Assembly: GCA_003279705.1 (NCBI GenBank)
Contig: QCGZ01000001.1
Coordinates: 138,524 to 202,523, forward strand
Direction of reading: 5' to 3'
Origin: OCS116 cluster bacterium AG-390-I16
Lineage (GTDB): Bacteria > Pseudomonadota > Alphaproteobacteria > MED-G09
DNA: 64,000 nucleotides
In this document: piece after piece, positions 28,124 to 37,100 of the stretch
Layout: every line of letters starts with the position of its first letter
Numbering within the stretch: position 1 is the stretch's first letter
Position numbers and translations under genes: made by a program
Notes under the pieces: model-generated
The model's input: only the letters and a program-made list of their open reading frames with translations
Databases searched by the model: none
What the model was told of the DNA's origin: nothing

Positions 28124-29180
28124 TACTGAAAAAAACTTAGATACTAAATTAAACCTCTTAAAAGAATGGTTTGTTTCGGAACAAAATTTTGATAGGCAAT
28201 CAATTTCTATTACCCCGCATAACAATACCTTGGCATCAGGTTTTTCAAATGAAACTTTTGTATTTAAATTAACAGAAAAAAATTATAATTCAGATCTAGT
28301 TCTTAGATTGGCTCCTACTGGCTATAGAGTATTTCCAGAGTACAATTTAAAAAAACAAGTTAGCATTATGAAAGCCCTATTTTCTAAAGGTTTACCTGTG
28401 CCTGAAGTACTTTTTTATGAGGGCAATAGTTCAATTATTGGTTCCGAATTTTATATAATGAATTACATAAAAGGAGAGGCTCCGTCAGACAACCCTCCTT
28501 ATCATTTGGATCCAGATGGAATGATGGGTAGAGCTGATTCAGAAAAAAGAAGAAATGTTTGGATTGATTGGTTATTTCACTTGTCTAATCTTCACAATTT
28601 AGATCTTAAAGATATTAATTTAGACGACTTTTCCGAAGATGATATTAATAGAAACCCTATAATAAGTGATATTGAATATTATAAAAATTTCTTAGATTGG
28701 GGTATGGATGGAGAACCAAATAATTTGTGCGATGATGTAATTAATTGGTTAAAGAAAAATATTCCATCCGATTCCAATCCAAATAAGCTGTGTTGGGGTG
28801 ATTCAAGACTAGGGAATGTTTTATATCAAGATTATAAAGCCTCGGCTCTTTTAGATTGGGAAATGTCATCAATTGGGGATCCTATTTCTGACTTGGCCTG
28901 GGGTTTTGCAGTTGATGATGCTAGTAGCATTGGTTTAGGGATAAAAAAACTAGAGGGTTCATTAACTTCAAGAGAAGCGATAGATATTTGGGAAAAAAAT
29001 ACAAATTTATCATCTAAAAATTATAAATTTTATCGTATTTTTTCTCTACTAAAATTTTCAATTATAATGATAAGGGTTGCAAAAAAATTAGTGATCAACA
29101 ACATTATAGAACTTGAAAAAGATTTTTATAAAAATAACTATATTTCTAATTTCTTAGAAAAAGAATTTAAAGAAATTTAA
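28113..29180 (+). CDS. phosphotransferase (APH-fold kinase), ACAD10/ACAD11-N-terminal-like
   Basis: SGFSNETFVF nucleotide-loop motif, catalytic CWGDSRLGNVL (HGD/xGD..N type) and LLDWEMS. The ATG at 28113 is in frame with the track's GTG at 28083. Confidence 0.75.
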   Translation: MPISTEKNLDTKLNLLKEWFVSEQNFDRQSISITPHNNTLASGFSNETFVFKLTEKNYNSDLVLRLAPTGYRVFPEYNLKKQVSIMKALFSKGLPVPEVLFYEGNSSIIGSEFYIMNYIKGEAPSDNPPYHLDPDGMMGRADSEKRRNVWIDWLFHLSNLHNLDLKDINLDDFSEDDINRNPIISDIEYYKNFLDWGMDGEPNNLCDDVINWLKKNIPSDSNPNKLCWGDSRLGNVLYQDYKASALLDWEMSSIGDPISDLAWGFAVDDASSIGLGIKKLEGSLTSREAIDIWEKNTNLSSKNYKFYRIFSLLKFSIIMIRVAKKLVINNIIELEKDFYKNNYISNFLEKEFKEI

Positions 29181-29194
29181 TTAAGGAGAATAAA

Positions 29195-29590
29195 GTGAAT
29201 GATTTTATATATCCAGGAATATTAAGTAGTATTGCTTTGCTAGTTTACTATTTTACCCTTTTAAGAGCAGGTATAGCTAGGGGTAAATTTGATATTAAAG
29301 CCCCTTCACATGATGGTCCTGAGGAATATGTTAGGCATGTTAGGGTTCATCACAATACTTTAGAGCATTTAGTTTTATTTTTACCTGGTTTATGGCTATT
29401 TTCTTTTGCTGTTGATCCTATATGGGCAGCTATAATTGGTATTTTATGGCCGATTGGTAGAATACGATATGCGTTATCATATTATAAAGATGCTGAAAAA
29501 AGAGGTCCAGGTTTATATTTTAGTATGCCTCCAATTTATATTTATGTATTAGGATCTTTAATAGCATTCCTGTATAAAATAATTACATAA
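29195..29590 (+). CDS. MAPEG family membrane protein (membrane glutathione transferase-like)
   Basis: 131 aa, 4 TM, with the RVHHNTLEHLVLFLP motif characteristic of MAPEG. Confidence 0.6.
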   Translation: MNDFIYPGILSSIALLVYYFTLLRAGIARGKFDIKAPSHDGPEEYVRHVRVHHNTLEHLVLFLPGLWLFSFAVDPIWAAIIGILWPIGRIRYALSYYKDAEKRGPGLYFSMPPIYIYVLGSLIAFLYKIIT

Positions 29591-29618
29591 TTTTTGACAA
29601 TACTTGTGGAGAAATAAA

Positions 29619-30638
29619 TTGAATAATTTGGGCAAAAATAAAAAATTACTTTTGGCAAAATACCCTGATGGTCTGGCAGAATTAGATGATTTTATTACTG
29701 AGGAAGTTGATGTACCTGAAATAGGCGAAAATGAAATATTAATTCAATCGCATTATGTAGGTGTTGATGCAGCATTAAGATTAATTGTTAGAGATAGTGA
29801 TGAATTTTTATTTAGAGTTCAGCCCGGTGATATCATCCACGCTAATATAGCTGGTGAAGTTATAGCTTCTAATAATAAAGATTTTGAAGCGGGTGAATAT
29901 GTTACAGGTTCATTAGGCGTTCAAAGCCTATCAATCAGTAATGGTGATGGTTTAGAGAAGTGTGATCCGAATTTATCACCTTTGGGTTCTTGGCTAGGAG
30001 GTTTTGGGGTTTCTGGTTTAACTGCTTACTTTGCTTTATTTGATGAATGTAAACCTCAACCTGGGGAGACTGTCTTAGTAACTGGAGCAGCAGGAGCGGT
30101 TGGTTCAATGGCTGGACAGTTTGCAAAACTTGCCGGAGCAAAAGTAATAGGAACTACTAGCTCAAAAGAAAAATGTGATTGGTTAATAAATGAGCTAGGT
30201 TACGATGTAGCGATTAATTATAATGATGAAAATTGGTATGAGCAGTTGGAAGCTGCAGCACCAGATCGTTTAAATATTATTTTCGATAATACTGGTGGTT
30301 CGGTTATGAATGAAGCCTTAAAATTAATTGCCATGCATGGTGTAGTTTTGCTTTGTGGTTCAACCTCACAGTACTATCAAAATGAAATGAGTGGGCCTTC
30401 AAATTATATTTGGTTAGGTAGTATGAGAGCTAGATTGCAAGGTTTTGTAATTTTTGATTATGCTGAAAGATACGATGAAGCAAGAAAGAAAATATCTCAA
30501 TGGATTGTTAATGGATCTTTAAAATTACCTGAGTTTATTTGTAATGGCGATATTGAAGAGTTTCCTAATGCATTCAAACAATTATTTGAAGGCAAAAACT
30601 TTGGTAAAATGCTTCTAAAGCTACCTGCAGCAAAATAG
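29619..30638 (+). CDS. NADP-dependent oxidoreductase, zinc-independent MDR (PTGR1/alkenal-one reductase type)
   Basis: GAAGAVGSMAGQFAKLAGAKVIGTTSS; paralogue of 13620..14639. The TTG at 29619 has a GGAGA RBS; the track start at 29604 is an alternative. Confidence 0.8.
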   Translation: MNNLGKNKKLLLAKYPDGLAELDDFITEEVDVPEIGENEILIQSHYVGVDAALRLIVRDSDEFLFRVQPGDIIHANIAGEVIASNNKDFEAGEYVTGSLGVQSLSISNGDGLEKCDPNLSPLGSWLGGFGVSGLTAYFALFDECKPQPGETVLVTGAAGAVGSMAGQFAKLAGAKVIGTTSSKEKCDWLINELGYDVAINYNDENWYEQLEAAAPDRLNIIFDNTGGSVMNEALKLIAMHGVVLLCGSTSQYYQNEMSGPSNYIWLGSMRARLQGFVIFDYAERYDEARKKISQWIVNGSLKLPEFICNGDIEEFPNAFKQLFEGKNFGKMLLKLPAAK

Positions 30639-30697
30639 CATTTATTTAGAATTTTTTAAGGTAGTATTGTTAATGTTTTTTATATTATAGTTAAATT

Positions 30698-32146
30698 ATG
30701 GATAATCATTTTGATGTAATAGTTATAGGTGCGGGTATATCTGGTATTGGAGCTGGATATCACCTTCAAACAAAATGCCCTGAAAAATCTTTTGCCATAC
30801 TTGAGGGTAGGGATACCATAGGTGGTACTTGGGATCTTTTTAAATACCCTGGAATTAGATCAGACTCTGATATGTATACTTTAGGATTTTCTTTTTTTCC
30901 TTGGAAAGAAAAAGAAGCCATCGCAGACGGTCCATCAATTTTAAAATATCTTGATGAGACATCAAAAAAATTCAATATAGATAAAAAAATCAAGTTTAAT
31001 CATTATGTGAAAGATGCTTCATGGTGTTCTGAAAAATCAATATGGACTTTAAAAGTCGAGGATAAAAATGAAATGGATACAGTTACAATATCTTGTAACT
31101 TTATTTTCATGTGTTCTGGTTATTATAGTTATGAAAAAGGATATACCCCTGATTTCGATGGTATTAACGAATTTAATGGTAAGATAATGCATCCTCAAAA
31201 ATGGGATACATCAATAGATTATAGTGATAAGGAGGTTATTGTAATTGGAAGTGGTGCGACTGCGGTAACTTTAGTTCCAGAAATGGCAAAAGATGCAAAA
31301 CATGTTACAATGCTTCAAAGATCGCCTACCTATGTAGTTTCTGCTCCTCAGCAAGATCCATTGGCAAATTTTTTACAGAAATATTTAACCTCAAATTTAT
31401 CTTATTTTATTGTGCGCTGGAAAAATATTTTACGACAACAATGGTATTTTAGATTATGTAAAAAAAATCCAAAAAGAGTAAAAGATTTTATTATAAATCA
31501 AGTAAGAAAATCTCTTGGTCATGACTATGATGTTGATAAACATTTTACGCCTAACTACAATCCTTGGGATCAAAGAATGTGTCTGGTTCCTAATGGCGAT
31601 TTGTTTAAATCTATTAGAAAAAAACAAACATCAGTGGTAACCGATAAAATTGATAAATTTACCCCAACAGGCATTAAACTTGAATCGGGTAAAACCTTAT
31701 CTGCAGATCTTATAATTACTGCTACTGGTCTAAATTTAGAGATATGTAGTAATATAAAATTAAAAGTTGATGGTAAGGATATTAATTTACCAGATACTGT
31801 CACATATAAGGGTATGATGTTTAGTGGTGTTCCAAATTTAGTTTCTACATTTGGATATACAAATGCATCTTGGACATTAGGTGCGGATTTAACATCTGAA
31901 TACGTCTGTAGGCTTTTGAATTATATGAAAAAAAGTTCTATTAAAAAATGTTGCCCTGAGGCTAATAGTAAAATTGAAAATAACGATGATTGGCTCAATC
32001 TAACTTCAGGTTATATAAAGAGGTCAAAGGATATTTTTCCAAAACAAGGAAAAAGGAGTCCTTGGACAAATAATCAGAATTTTTTAAAAGATATTTTTCA
32101 AATACGTTATGGAAAAATTAACGATGGTGATATTAAATTTTCTTGA
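30698..32146 (+). CDS. flavin-dependent (Baeyer-Villiger type) monooxygenase
   Basis: FAD motif VIGAGISGIGAG, BVMO fingerprint FNGKIMHPQKWD (FxGxxxHxxxW[P/D]), and a second Rossmann motif VIGSGATAV. Confidence 0.8.
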   Translation: MDNHFDVIVIGAGISGIGAGYHLQTKCPEKSFAILEGRDTIGGTWDLFKYPGIRSDSDMYTLGFSFFPWKEKEAIADGPSILKYLDETSKKFNIDKKIKFNHYVKDASWCSEKSIWTLKVEDKNEMDTVTISCNFIFMCSGYYSYEKGYTPDFDGINEFNGKIMHPQKWDTSIDYSDKEVIVIGSGATAVTLVPEMAKDAKHVTMLQRSPTYVVSAPQQDPLANFLQKYLTSNLSYFIVRWKNILRQQWYFRLCKKNPKRVKDFIINQVRKSLGHDYDVDKHFTPNYNPWDQRMCLVPNGDLFKSIRKKQTSVVTDKIDKFTPTGIKLESGKTLSADLIITATGLNLEICSNIKLKVDGKDINLPDTVTYKGMMFSGVPNLVSTFGYTNASWTLGADLTSEYVCRLLNYMKKSSIKKCCPEANSKIENNDDWLNLTSGYIKRSKDIFPKQGKRSPWTNNQNFLKDIFQIRYGKINDGDIKFS

Positions 32147-32202
32147 TATTAATTTAATCGATTTCAAATAAATTAATTTATATTTTATATTTAGGAACAA
32201 GA

Positions 32203-33336
32203 ATGAATTCAAAAATTTGTGAAATGTTAGGAATTGAATTTCCTTTATTAGCTTTTTCTCATTGTAGGGACGTCGTAGCAGCTGTTTCAAAAGCCGGTGG
32301 TATGGGGGTTTTTGGTGCAGTGAATCTTCCCCCAGATCGTTTAAAAGAAGAGTTAGATTGGATTGAAAGCAATGTAGATGGCATGCCTTATGGTATAGAT
32401 TTAATTGTTCCAAATAAATTTGAGGGTAAGGGTGAAAAGATCACTACTGAGCAATTAGTTAATGCTATACCTCAGGGTCATAGAGATTTCACAAAAGAAA
32501 TTTTATCTAATCATGATATTGAAACTGATGATTTAGTTGATCTAAAAGATGGTGCGGCTCAATTCAGGATGAATTTATCTGACGAAGGTGCGGCAACATC
32601 TCTAGAGGTAGCCTTTCAATACCCAATAAAACTAGTTGCAAATGCTCTTGGTGTTCCTCCAAAAGTAATGCTTGAAATGGGAAAAAAACATAATGTTGCT
32701 GTTGCGGCATTGGTTGGTGCAAAAGAGCATGCTGTTAAACAGGTTGAGGCAGGAGTAGACATCTTAATTGCTTCTGGTGGAGAGGCCGGAGGTCATTGTG
32801 GTGACGTTTCTACCATGGTTTTAATACCTGAAGTCTATAGGGCAATAAAATCAATTAGGGATGTTCCTATATTGGCAGCAGGAGGAATTACAACTGGTTC
32901 TCAGATGGCTGCAGCTATGTCAATGGGTGCATCTGGGGCTTGGTGCGGATCAGTTTGGCTAACTACTTCGGAAGCAGAAACAAATCCAATCGTTAAAGAA
33001 AAAATGCTATTAGCAAGTTCTAGAGATACTGTTCGTTCAAGAAGTAGAACTGGAAAATATTCAAGACAGTTAAGGTCACCTTGGACTGATGCTTGGGAAG
33101 AAAAAGGACCTGAACCACTTCCTATGCCTCTACAATCTTTGGTAAGTGAACCTGCGCTAAAAAAAATAGATAAGTTATCTCAAAGCGGTCATAAAGGTGC
33201 AAAAAATCTCGCTACCTATTGGGTAGGTCAAGGTGTGGGTCTTATGGATCAGCCTATGAGCGCAGGTGCAGTTGTTCAGGATTTTAAAAAAGATTTTGCA
33301 GAGTCATTTGAAAGGCTAAATCATTTCTTCGAATAG
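32203..33336 (+). CDS. nitronate monooxygenase (NMO/2-nitropropane dioxygenase-like FMN enzyme)
   Basis: N-terminal LGIEFPLLAFSH..AVSKAGGMGVFGA and SGGEAGGH blocks of the NMO TIM-barrel family. Confidence 0.8.
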   Translation: MNSKICEMLGIEFPLLAFSHCRDVVAAVSKAGGMGVFGAVNLPPDRLKEELDWIESNVDGMPYGIDLIVPNKFEGKGEKITTEQLVNAIPQGHRDFTKEILSNHDIETDDLVDLKDGAAQFRMNLSDEGAATSLEVAFQYPIKLVANALGVPPKVMLEMGKKHNVAVAALVGAKEHAVKQVEAGVDILIASGGEAGGHCGDVSTMVLIPEVYRAIKSIRDVPILAAGGITTGSQMAAAMSMGASGAWCGSVWLTTSEAETNPIVKEKMLLASSRDTVRSRSRTGKYSRQLRSPWTDAWEEKGPEPLPMPLQSLVSEPALKKIDKLSQSGHKGAKNLATYWVGQGVGLMDQPMSAGAVVQDFKKDFAESFERLNHFFE

Positions 33337-33362
33337 ATTAGAAATTATCTAGAAATTATCTT

Positions 33363-34280
33363 ATGAAAATATTTTTTACTATTCTATTAGTTTTTGTTAC
33401 TTTAATTGTATTATCCTTTTCTTATCTTTTTTTTACAAAACCACCACGAATGCCTTTTATCGGGCATTTTTTTGATAAAGTTGGATATGGTTCGTTATAT
33501 TATTTTGATAAACCAAATAAATCTCTAACTTATAGTAAAAAAAATAACATAAATTTAAAGTTACATTTTTTTGAACCATCTGAGAAAAAATCGAAATCAA
33601 CTCTTTTACTTTTTCATGGAGGTGCTTGGGCGTTTGGATCCTCTTATTCTCTTTTTAAAATATGTAGGGATGTCTCTAATCAAGGAATTACCTGTATAAG
33701 CGCTGATTACAGAATTGCTCTTAAACATAATACCAAAGTAAAGGACTCAATGGATGATGCAAGAGCGGCCTATCAGTGGATAATATTTAATGCAAAAGTT
33801 TTAAATATTGATCCAGAAAATATAATTGTTGGAGGTGGTTCATCGGGTGGTCAATTGGCTGCATCGTTAGCAATGATCCCTGATGAAAATGATAAAATTA
33901 TTGAAAAAATTAAAGGATTAGTTTTATTAAACCCCGCACTTAATACTTCTGTTTTGGATAGAGAAATACCTGATAATATTGAGGAAAGAAGAAAAAATCT
34001 TTGGTTGTTTGTGAAAAAACTTTTTGATGGCAATTTTGAAAAATTTTCACCTTCAAATTATATTAGAGAAGGTCTTCCGCCTTCAATAATTTTTCATGGT
34101 AAATCGGATAAGACAATTCCAATTGAAATTATCGAAAAATTTTCAAATGATATGATTAAAAAAGGAAATATGGTAAAATTCCTAAAATGGGATAACAAAG
34201 GTCATCAATTTTATAGGTGGGATAAAGAAGCGTACCCTGAGGTCATGAGTGAATTAATTAAATTTATAAAGGAAAATTAA
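33363..34280 (+). CDS. alpha/beta hydrolase (HGG-type esterase/lipase) with N-terminal membrane anchor
   Basis: N-terminal TM/signal, oxyanion LLFHGGAW, nucleophile elbow GGSSGG, and a late HG..D..IP block. Confidence 0.75.
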   Translation: MKIFFTILLVFVTLIVLSFSYLFFTKPPRMPFIGHFFDKVGYGSLYYFDKPNKSLTYSKKNNINLKLHFFEPSEKKSKSTLLLFHGGAWAFGSSYSLFKICRDVSNQGITCISADYRIALKHNTKVKDSMDDARAAYQWIIFNAKVLNIDPENIIVGGGSSGGQLAASLAMIPDENDKIIEKIKGLVLLNPALNTSVLDREIPDNIEERRKNLWLFVKKLFDGNFEKFSPSNYIREGLPPSIIFHGKSDKTIPIEIIEKFSNDMIKKGNMVKFLKWDNKGHQFYRWDKEAYPEVMSELIKFIKEN

Positions 34281-34281
34281 A

Positions 34282-35187
34282 ATGCCATTAAAAATATCCA
34301 TATTAGGTTCAGCTGTATCAATTGTTTTAGGATTTTTAGTAGCCTATATTGTTGGTCAAAATAGTTTAGATTTTTTTGGTTTTCCCTTGCTTATTTTTTG
34401 TTTTCTTTATTCCTATATAGTCCATTGGATTTTTTTTATTCATGCTTATATTTTTCAAACCGAACATTACTTTGATGCAACCGGAAGTTTTACTTACATA
34501 AGCTTATCAATAATTCTAATTCTTAATTCTGTGTTTAACTCAGGTTTTGAAGAGCTAAATCCTTATACTTATTTAATAGGAATAATGGTTATTTTATGGT
34601 CTTTAAGGCTTGGAATGTTTTTATTCAAAAGAGTAAAGGATGTTGGTCAGGATATTAGATTCATAGAAATGAAAAAGGACTTTTTCTGGTTTTTAATGAC
34701 TTGGACTTTATCTGGTTTATGGGTATTTCTTACTTATGTGGCTGGTTTATCGGCGATGACATCAATAAATTTAATTGAAAATATGAGCTCTTATCATTTT
34801 ACTTTTATTTTTATAGGATTTTTATTATGGGTTTTGGGTTTTGTAATAGAGATATTGGCCGATAATCAGAAAAAAGTATTCCGAAAAAATCCTATCAATA
34901 AAGGTAAATTTATTAACTCTGGTCTTTGGGCTTGGTCACGTCACCCTAATTATTTTGGGGAGATTATTTTATGGTTAGGCATATCAGTTATAGCCTTCCC
35001 TTCAATGGAAGGTGGAGAATTTTTAGGGCTAATTTCACCAATATTTGTTTATGTATTGCTTACAAGAATTAGTGGAATACCGATGTTGGAAAAAAGTTCT
35101 GATAGCAAGTGGGGATTTGATGAAGATTATATAAAATATAAAAACACTACACCTATATTATTTCTAAAAAAACCTAGCTCTAATTAG
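34282..35187 (+). CDS. DUF1295 family membrane protein (steroid 5-alpha-reductase/ICMT-like fold)
   Basis: Polytopic, with SGLWAWSRHPNYFGEI, the signature I associate with DUF1295; 1-nt gap to the upstream gene. Confidence 0.7.
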   Translation: MPLKISILGSAVSIVLGFLVAYIVGQNSLDFFGFPLLIFCFLYSYIVHWIFFIHAYIFQTEHYFDATGSFTYISLSIILILNSVFNSGFEELNPYTYLIGIMVILWSLRLGMFLFKRVKDVGQDIRFIEMKKDFFWFLMTWTLSGLWVFLTYVAGLSAMTSINLIENMSSYHFTFIFIGFLLWVLGFVIEILADNQKKVFRKNPINKGKFINSGLWAWSRHPNYFGEIILWLGISVIAFPSMEGGEFLGLISPIFVYVLLTRISGIPMLEKSSDSKWGFDEDYIKYKNTTPILFLKKPSSN

Positions 35188-36472
35188 TTACAAGATCATC
35201 TTTTAAGTATCTACCAGCCATATAATAATGGAAAGCGCACCATATTTTAAGTGAAGCAAATATTAGCAAGCTATACCTTAAGGATTCTTTTCCATATTCA
35301 GATTGAAGAATATCGCTTACAATTCCAACAGCTGATGGACCAAACCCAAGACCAATTATATTAATAATAAATAATAAAATTGCAGCTGCAACTGATCTCA
35401 TTTTTAATTCAACCACTCCTTGAGTCTGACTAAATGTAGCTGCCTGATAAAAATTACCTAAAGCTACAGGTATAATTAGCCATAGAAGGGATGTAGTAGC
35501 TGTAGGGCTCATATAAACAAGATAATATAATGGCGCAGTAATACCCATAGCAATAGCAGCTACCCATAAAGACCATCTAACATCTCTTGATCCAAAATAA
35601 TCTGATAAATAGCCACCAAGAAAAATTCCTAAGCCACCTGGTAATCCTAGTATTAAACCTAAATACCAACCGACATCACTTGTGGGCATTCCATAAGAGC
35701 GCTGGAAAAATGATGGCAACCAATTAATTCCCCCATAGCCGACAAAAGCAGCAAGAGAGGCTGCAAAAGCCAAATGACGGAATGATTTCTTCCTGAGAAG
35801 ATAAGTAATTGTTTCATAGATAGTGGGTTGATTTTCTGAAGCAACCTTACCCTCGGCCTGCCCTCTAATTGGTTCTTTGACGGTAAAACGAAATATTATA
35901 GCTATTAATATACCTGGAACTCCAACAATAAAAAAGGCAGTCCTCCAACCAAACATTTCGTCGATCCATCCACCAGCAAATAAACCAAACATAATACCAA
36001 ATGGAATTCCCAAAGAGTAAATACCTAAGGCAGTTGATCTCTTATTTGCTGGAAAATAATCTGAAATCATTGAATGAGCTGGAGGACTACATCCAGCTTC
36101 ACCAATACCAACACCTATTCTTGCAAGAAGTAAATGTAAAAAGTTCTGAGCTAATCCAGAGAGTGCAGTCATTAAACTCCATATAGCTAAAGATATTGAG
36201 ATTAGATTTCTTCTATTTCCTCTATCAGCGTATTTTGCAATTGGTATACCTAATGTTGCATAGAATGCTGCGAATGCAAAACCAGATAATAATCCTAGAG
36301 AAGTATCAGATAAGTTTAAGTCTGTTTTTATGGATTGTAGAAGAATTGATAATATATTTCGATCAATGAAATTAAATGTATAAACAATAACTAAAATTCC
36401 AAGAGCATAATTTCTTACTGATTGCGACTTAATATTTTCTGAAGCAGTATCTGACATAATCCCCCTCTGCAA
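35180..36472 (-). CDS. MFS transporter
   Basis: 12-TM pattern with the loop 2-3 motif KYADRGNRRNLIS and LLLARIGVGIGEAG. Its 3' end overlaps DUF1295 by 8 nt. Confidence 0.8.
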   Translation of the reverse strand: MQRGIMSDTASENIKSQSVRNYALGILVIVYTFNFIDRNILSILLQSIKTDLNLSDTSLGLLSGFAFAAFYATLGIPIAKYADRGNRRNLISISLAIWSLMTALSGLAQNFLHLLLARIGVGIGEAGCSPPAHSMISDYFPANKRSTALGIYSLGIPFGIMFGLFAGGWIDEMFGWRTAFFIVGVPGILIAIIFRFTVKEPIRGQAEGKVASENQPTIYETITYLLRKKSFRHLAFAASLAAFVGYGGINWLPSFFQRSYGMPTSDVGWYLGLILGLPGGLGIFLGGYLSDYFGSRDVRWSLWVAAIAMGITAPLYYLVYMSPTATTSLLWLIIPVALGNFYQAATFSQTQGVVELKMRSVAAAILLFIINIIGLGFGPSAVGIVSDILQSEYGKESLRYSLLIFASLKIWCAFHYYMAGRYLKDDLVTN

Positions 36473-36541
36473 ATTAATATATAAATATATAAAATTAATT
36501 TATTAATACTAGGGAAATATAATTAAATATTATTAATAAAT

Positions 36542-36576
36542 AAAAGGTGGTAAAAAAATTTTACCACCTTAGATTT
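36542..36576 (-). terminator. rho-independent terminator of hsp20
   Basis: Perfect 12-bp stem AAGGTGGTAAAA/TTTTACCACCTT (36544-36555 / 36559-36570) with a 3-nt loop. It is followed on the minus strand by TTTTATTTATT. Confidence 0.65.
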
Positions 36577-36592
36577 TTGATAATTCTTAAAA

Positions 36593-37042
36593 TTATGAGT
36601 TTAAAAGACTCTCCTTACTAGTAAGAGGAATTTTCTTTGGTTTTTTATTTTCAGGAATTACCCTTTGTATTCCAATATAAAGTATACCATTGGATAGAGC
36701 AGCACCTTGAACGACCATATCTTCTGATAAAACAAATTTTCTATTAAAATTCCTTGATGCAAGACCTTGATGAATTAAATTTTCATTCATTTCATCAGAT
36801 TTTTTACCATCTATTATTAAGTTTTGTTCAGATACTTCAATATCAATATCTTTTTCATCAAAACCAGCTACTGCTAGCTCAATACTGTATTTATTTTCAG
36901 GCAATTTTCTAATATTGTATGGAGGATAATTTGTATTTTGAGCTTTTGAATTTGCTAATATTGATAGCGTATCAAATGTTCTGTCAAATCCTACCGTGAA
37001 AGGAGAAAGGTCTCTCCAAATTGTTTCTATTCTTGTATTCAT
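36593..37042 (-). CDS. small heat-shock protein, Hsp20/alpha-crystallin family (IbpA-like)
   Basis: PPYNIRKLPENKYSIELAVAGFDEKDIDIEV...F.L alpha-crystallin domain pattern; RBS AAGGAG. Confidence 0.9.
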   Translation of the reverse strand: MNTRIETIWRDLSPFTVGFDRTFDTLSILANSKAQNTNYPPYNIRKLPENKYSIELAVAGFDEKDIDIEVSEQNLIIDGKKSDEMNENLIHQGLASRNFNRKFVLSEDMVVQGAALSNGILYIGIQRVIPENKKPKKIPLTSKESLLNS

Positions 37043-37100
37043 TTTTTACTCCTTTTAAAGCAAGTTATTAAAATTAGGACCCTTTAAGGCATCCATGTCT

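Noticed and set aside
32084-32413. 109-aa minus-strand ORF bridging the BVMO-NMO intergenic spacer
   Set aside because: It overlaps both well-supported plus-strand genes, and its sequence looks like translated AT-rich non-coding or antisense DNA.
37043-37100. ROSE-like RNA thermometer in the hsp20 5' UTR (UUGCU a few nt upstream of AGGAG)
   Set aside because: The candidate anti-SD is only 5 nt from the SD and gives at best a 4-bp stem. The multi-hairpin ROSE architecture is not evident.
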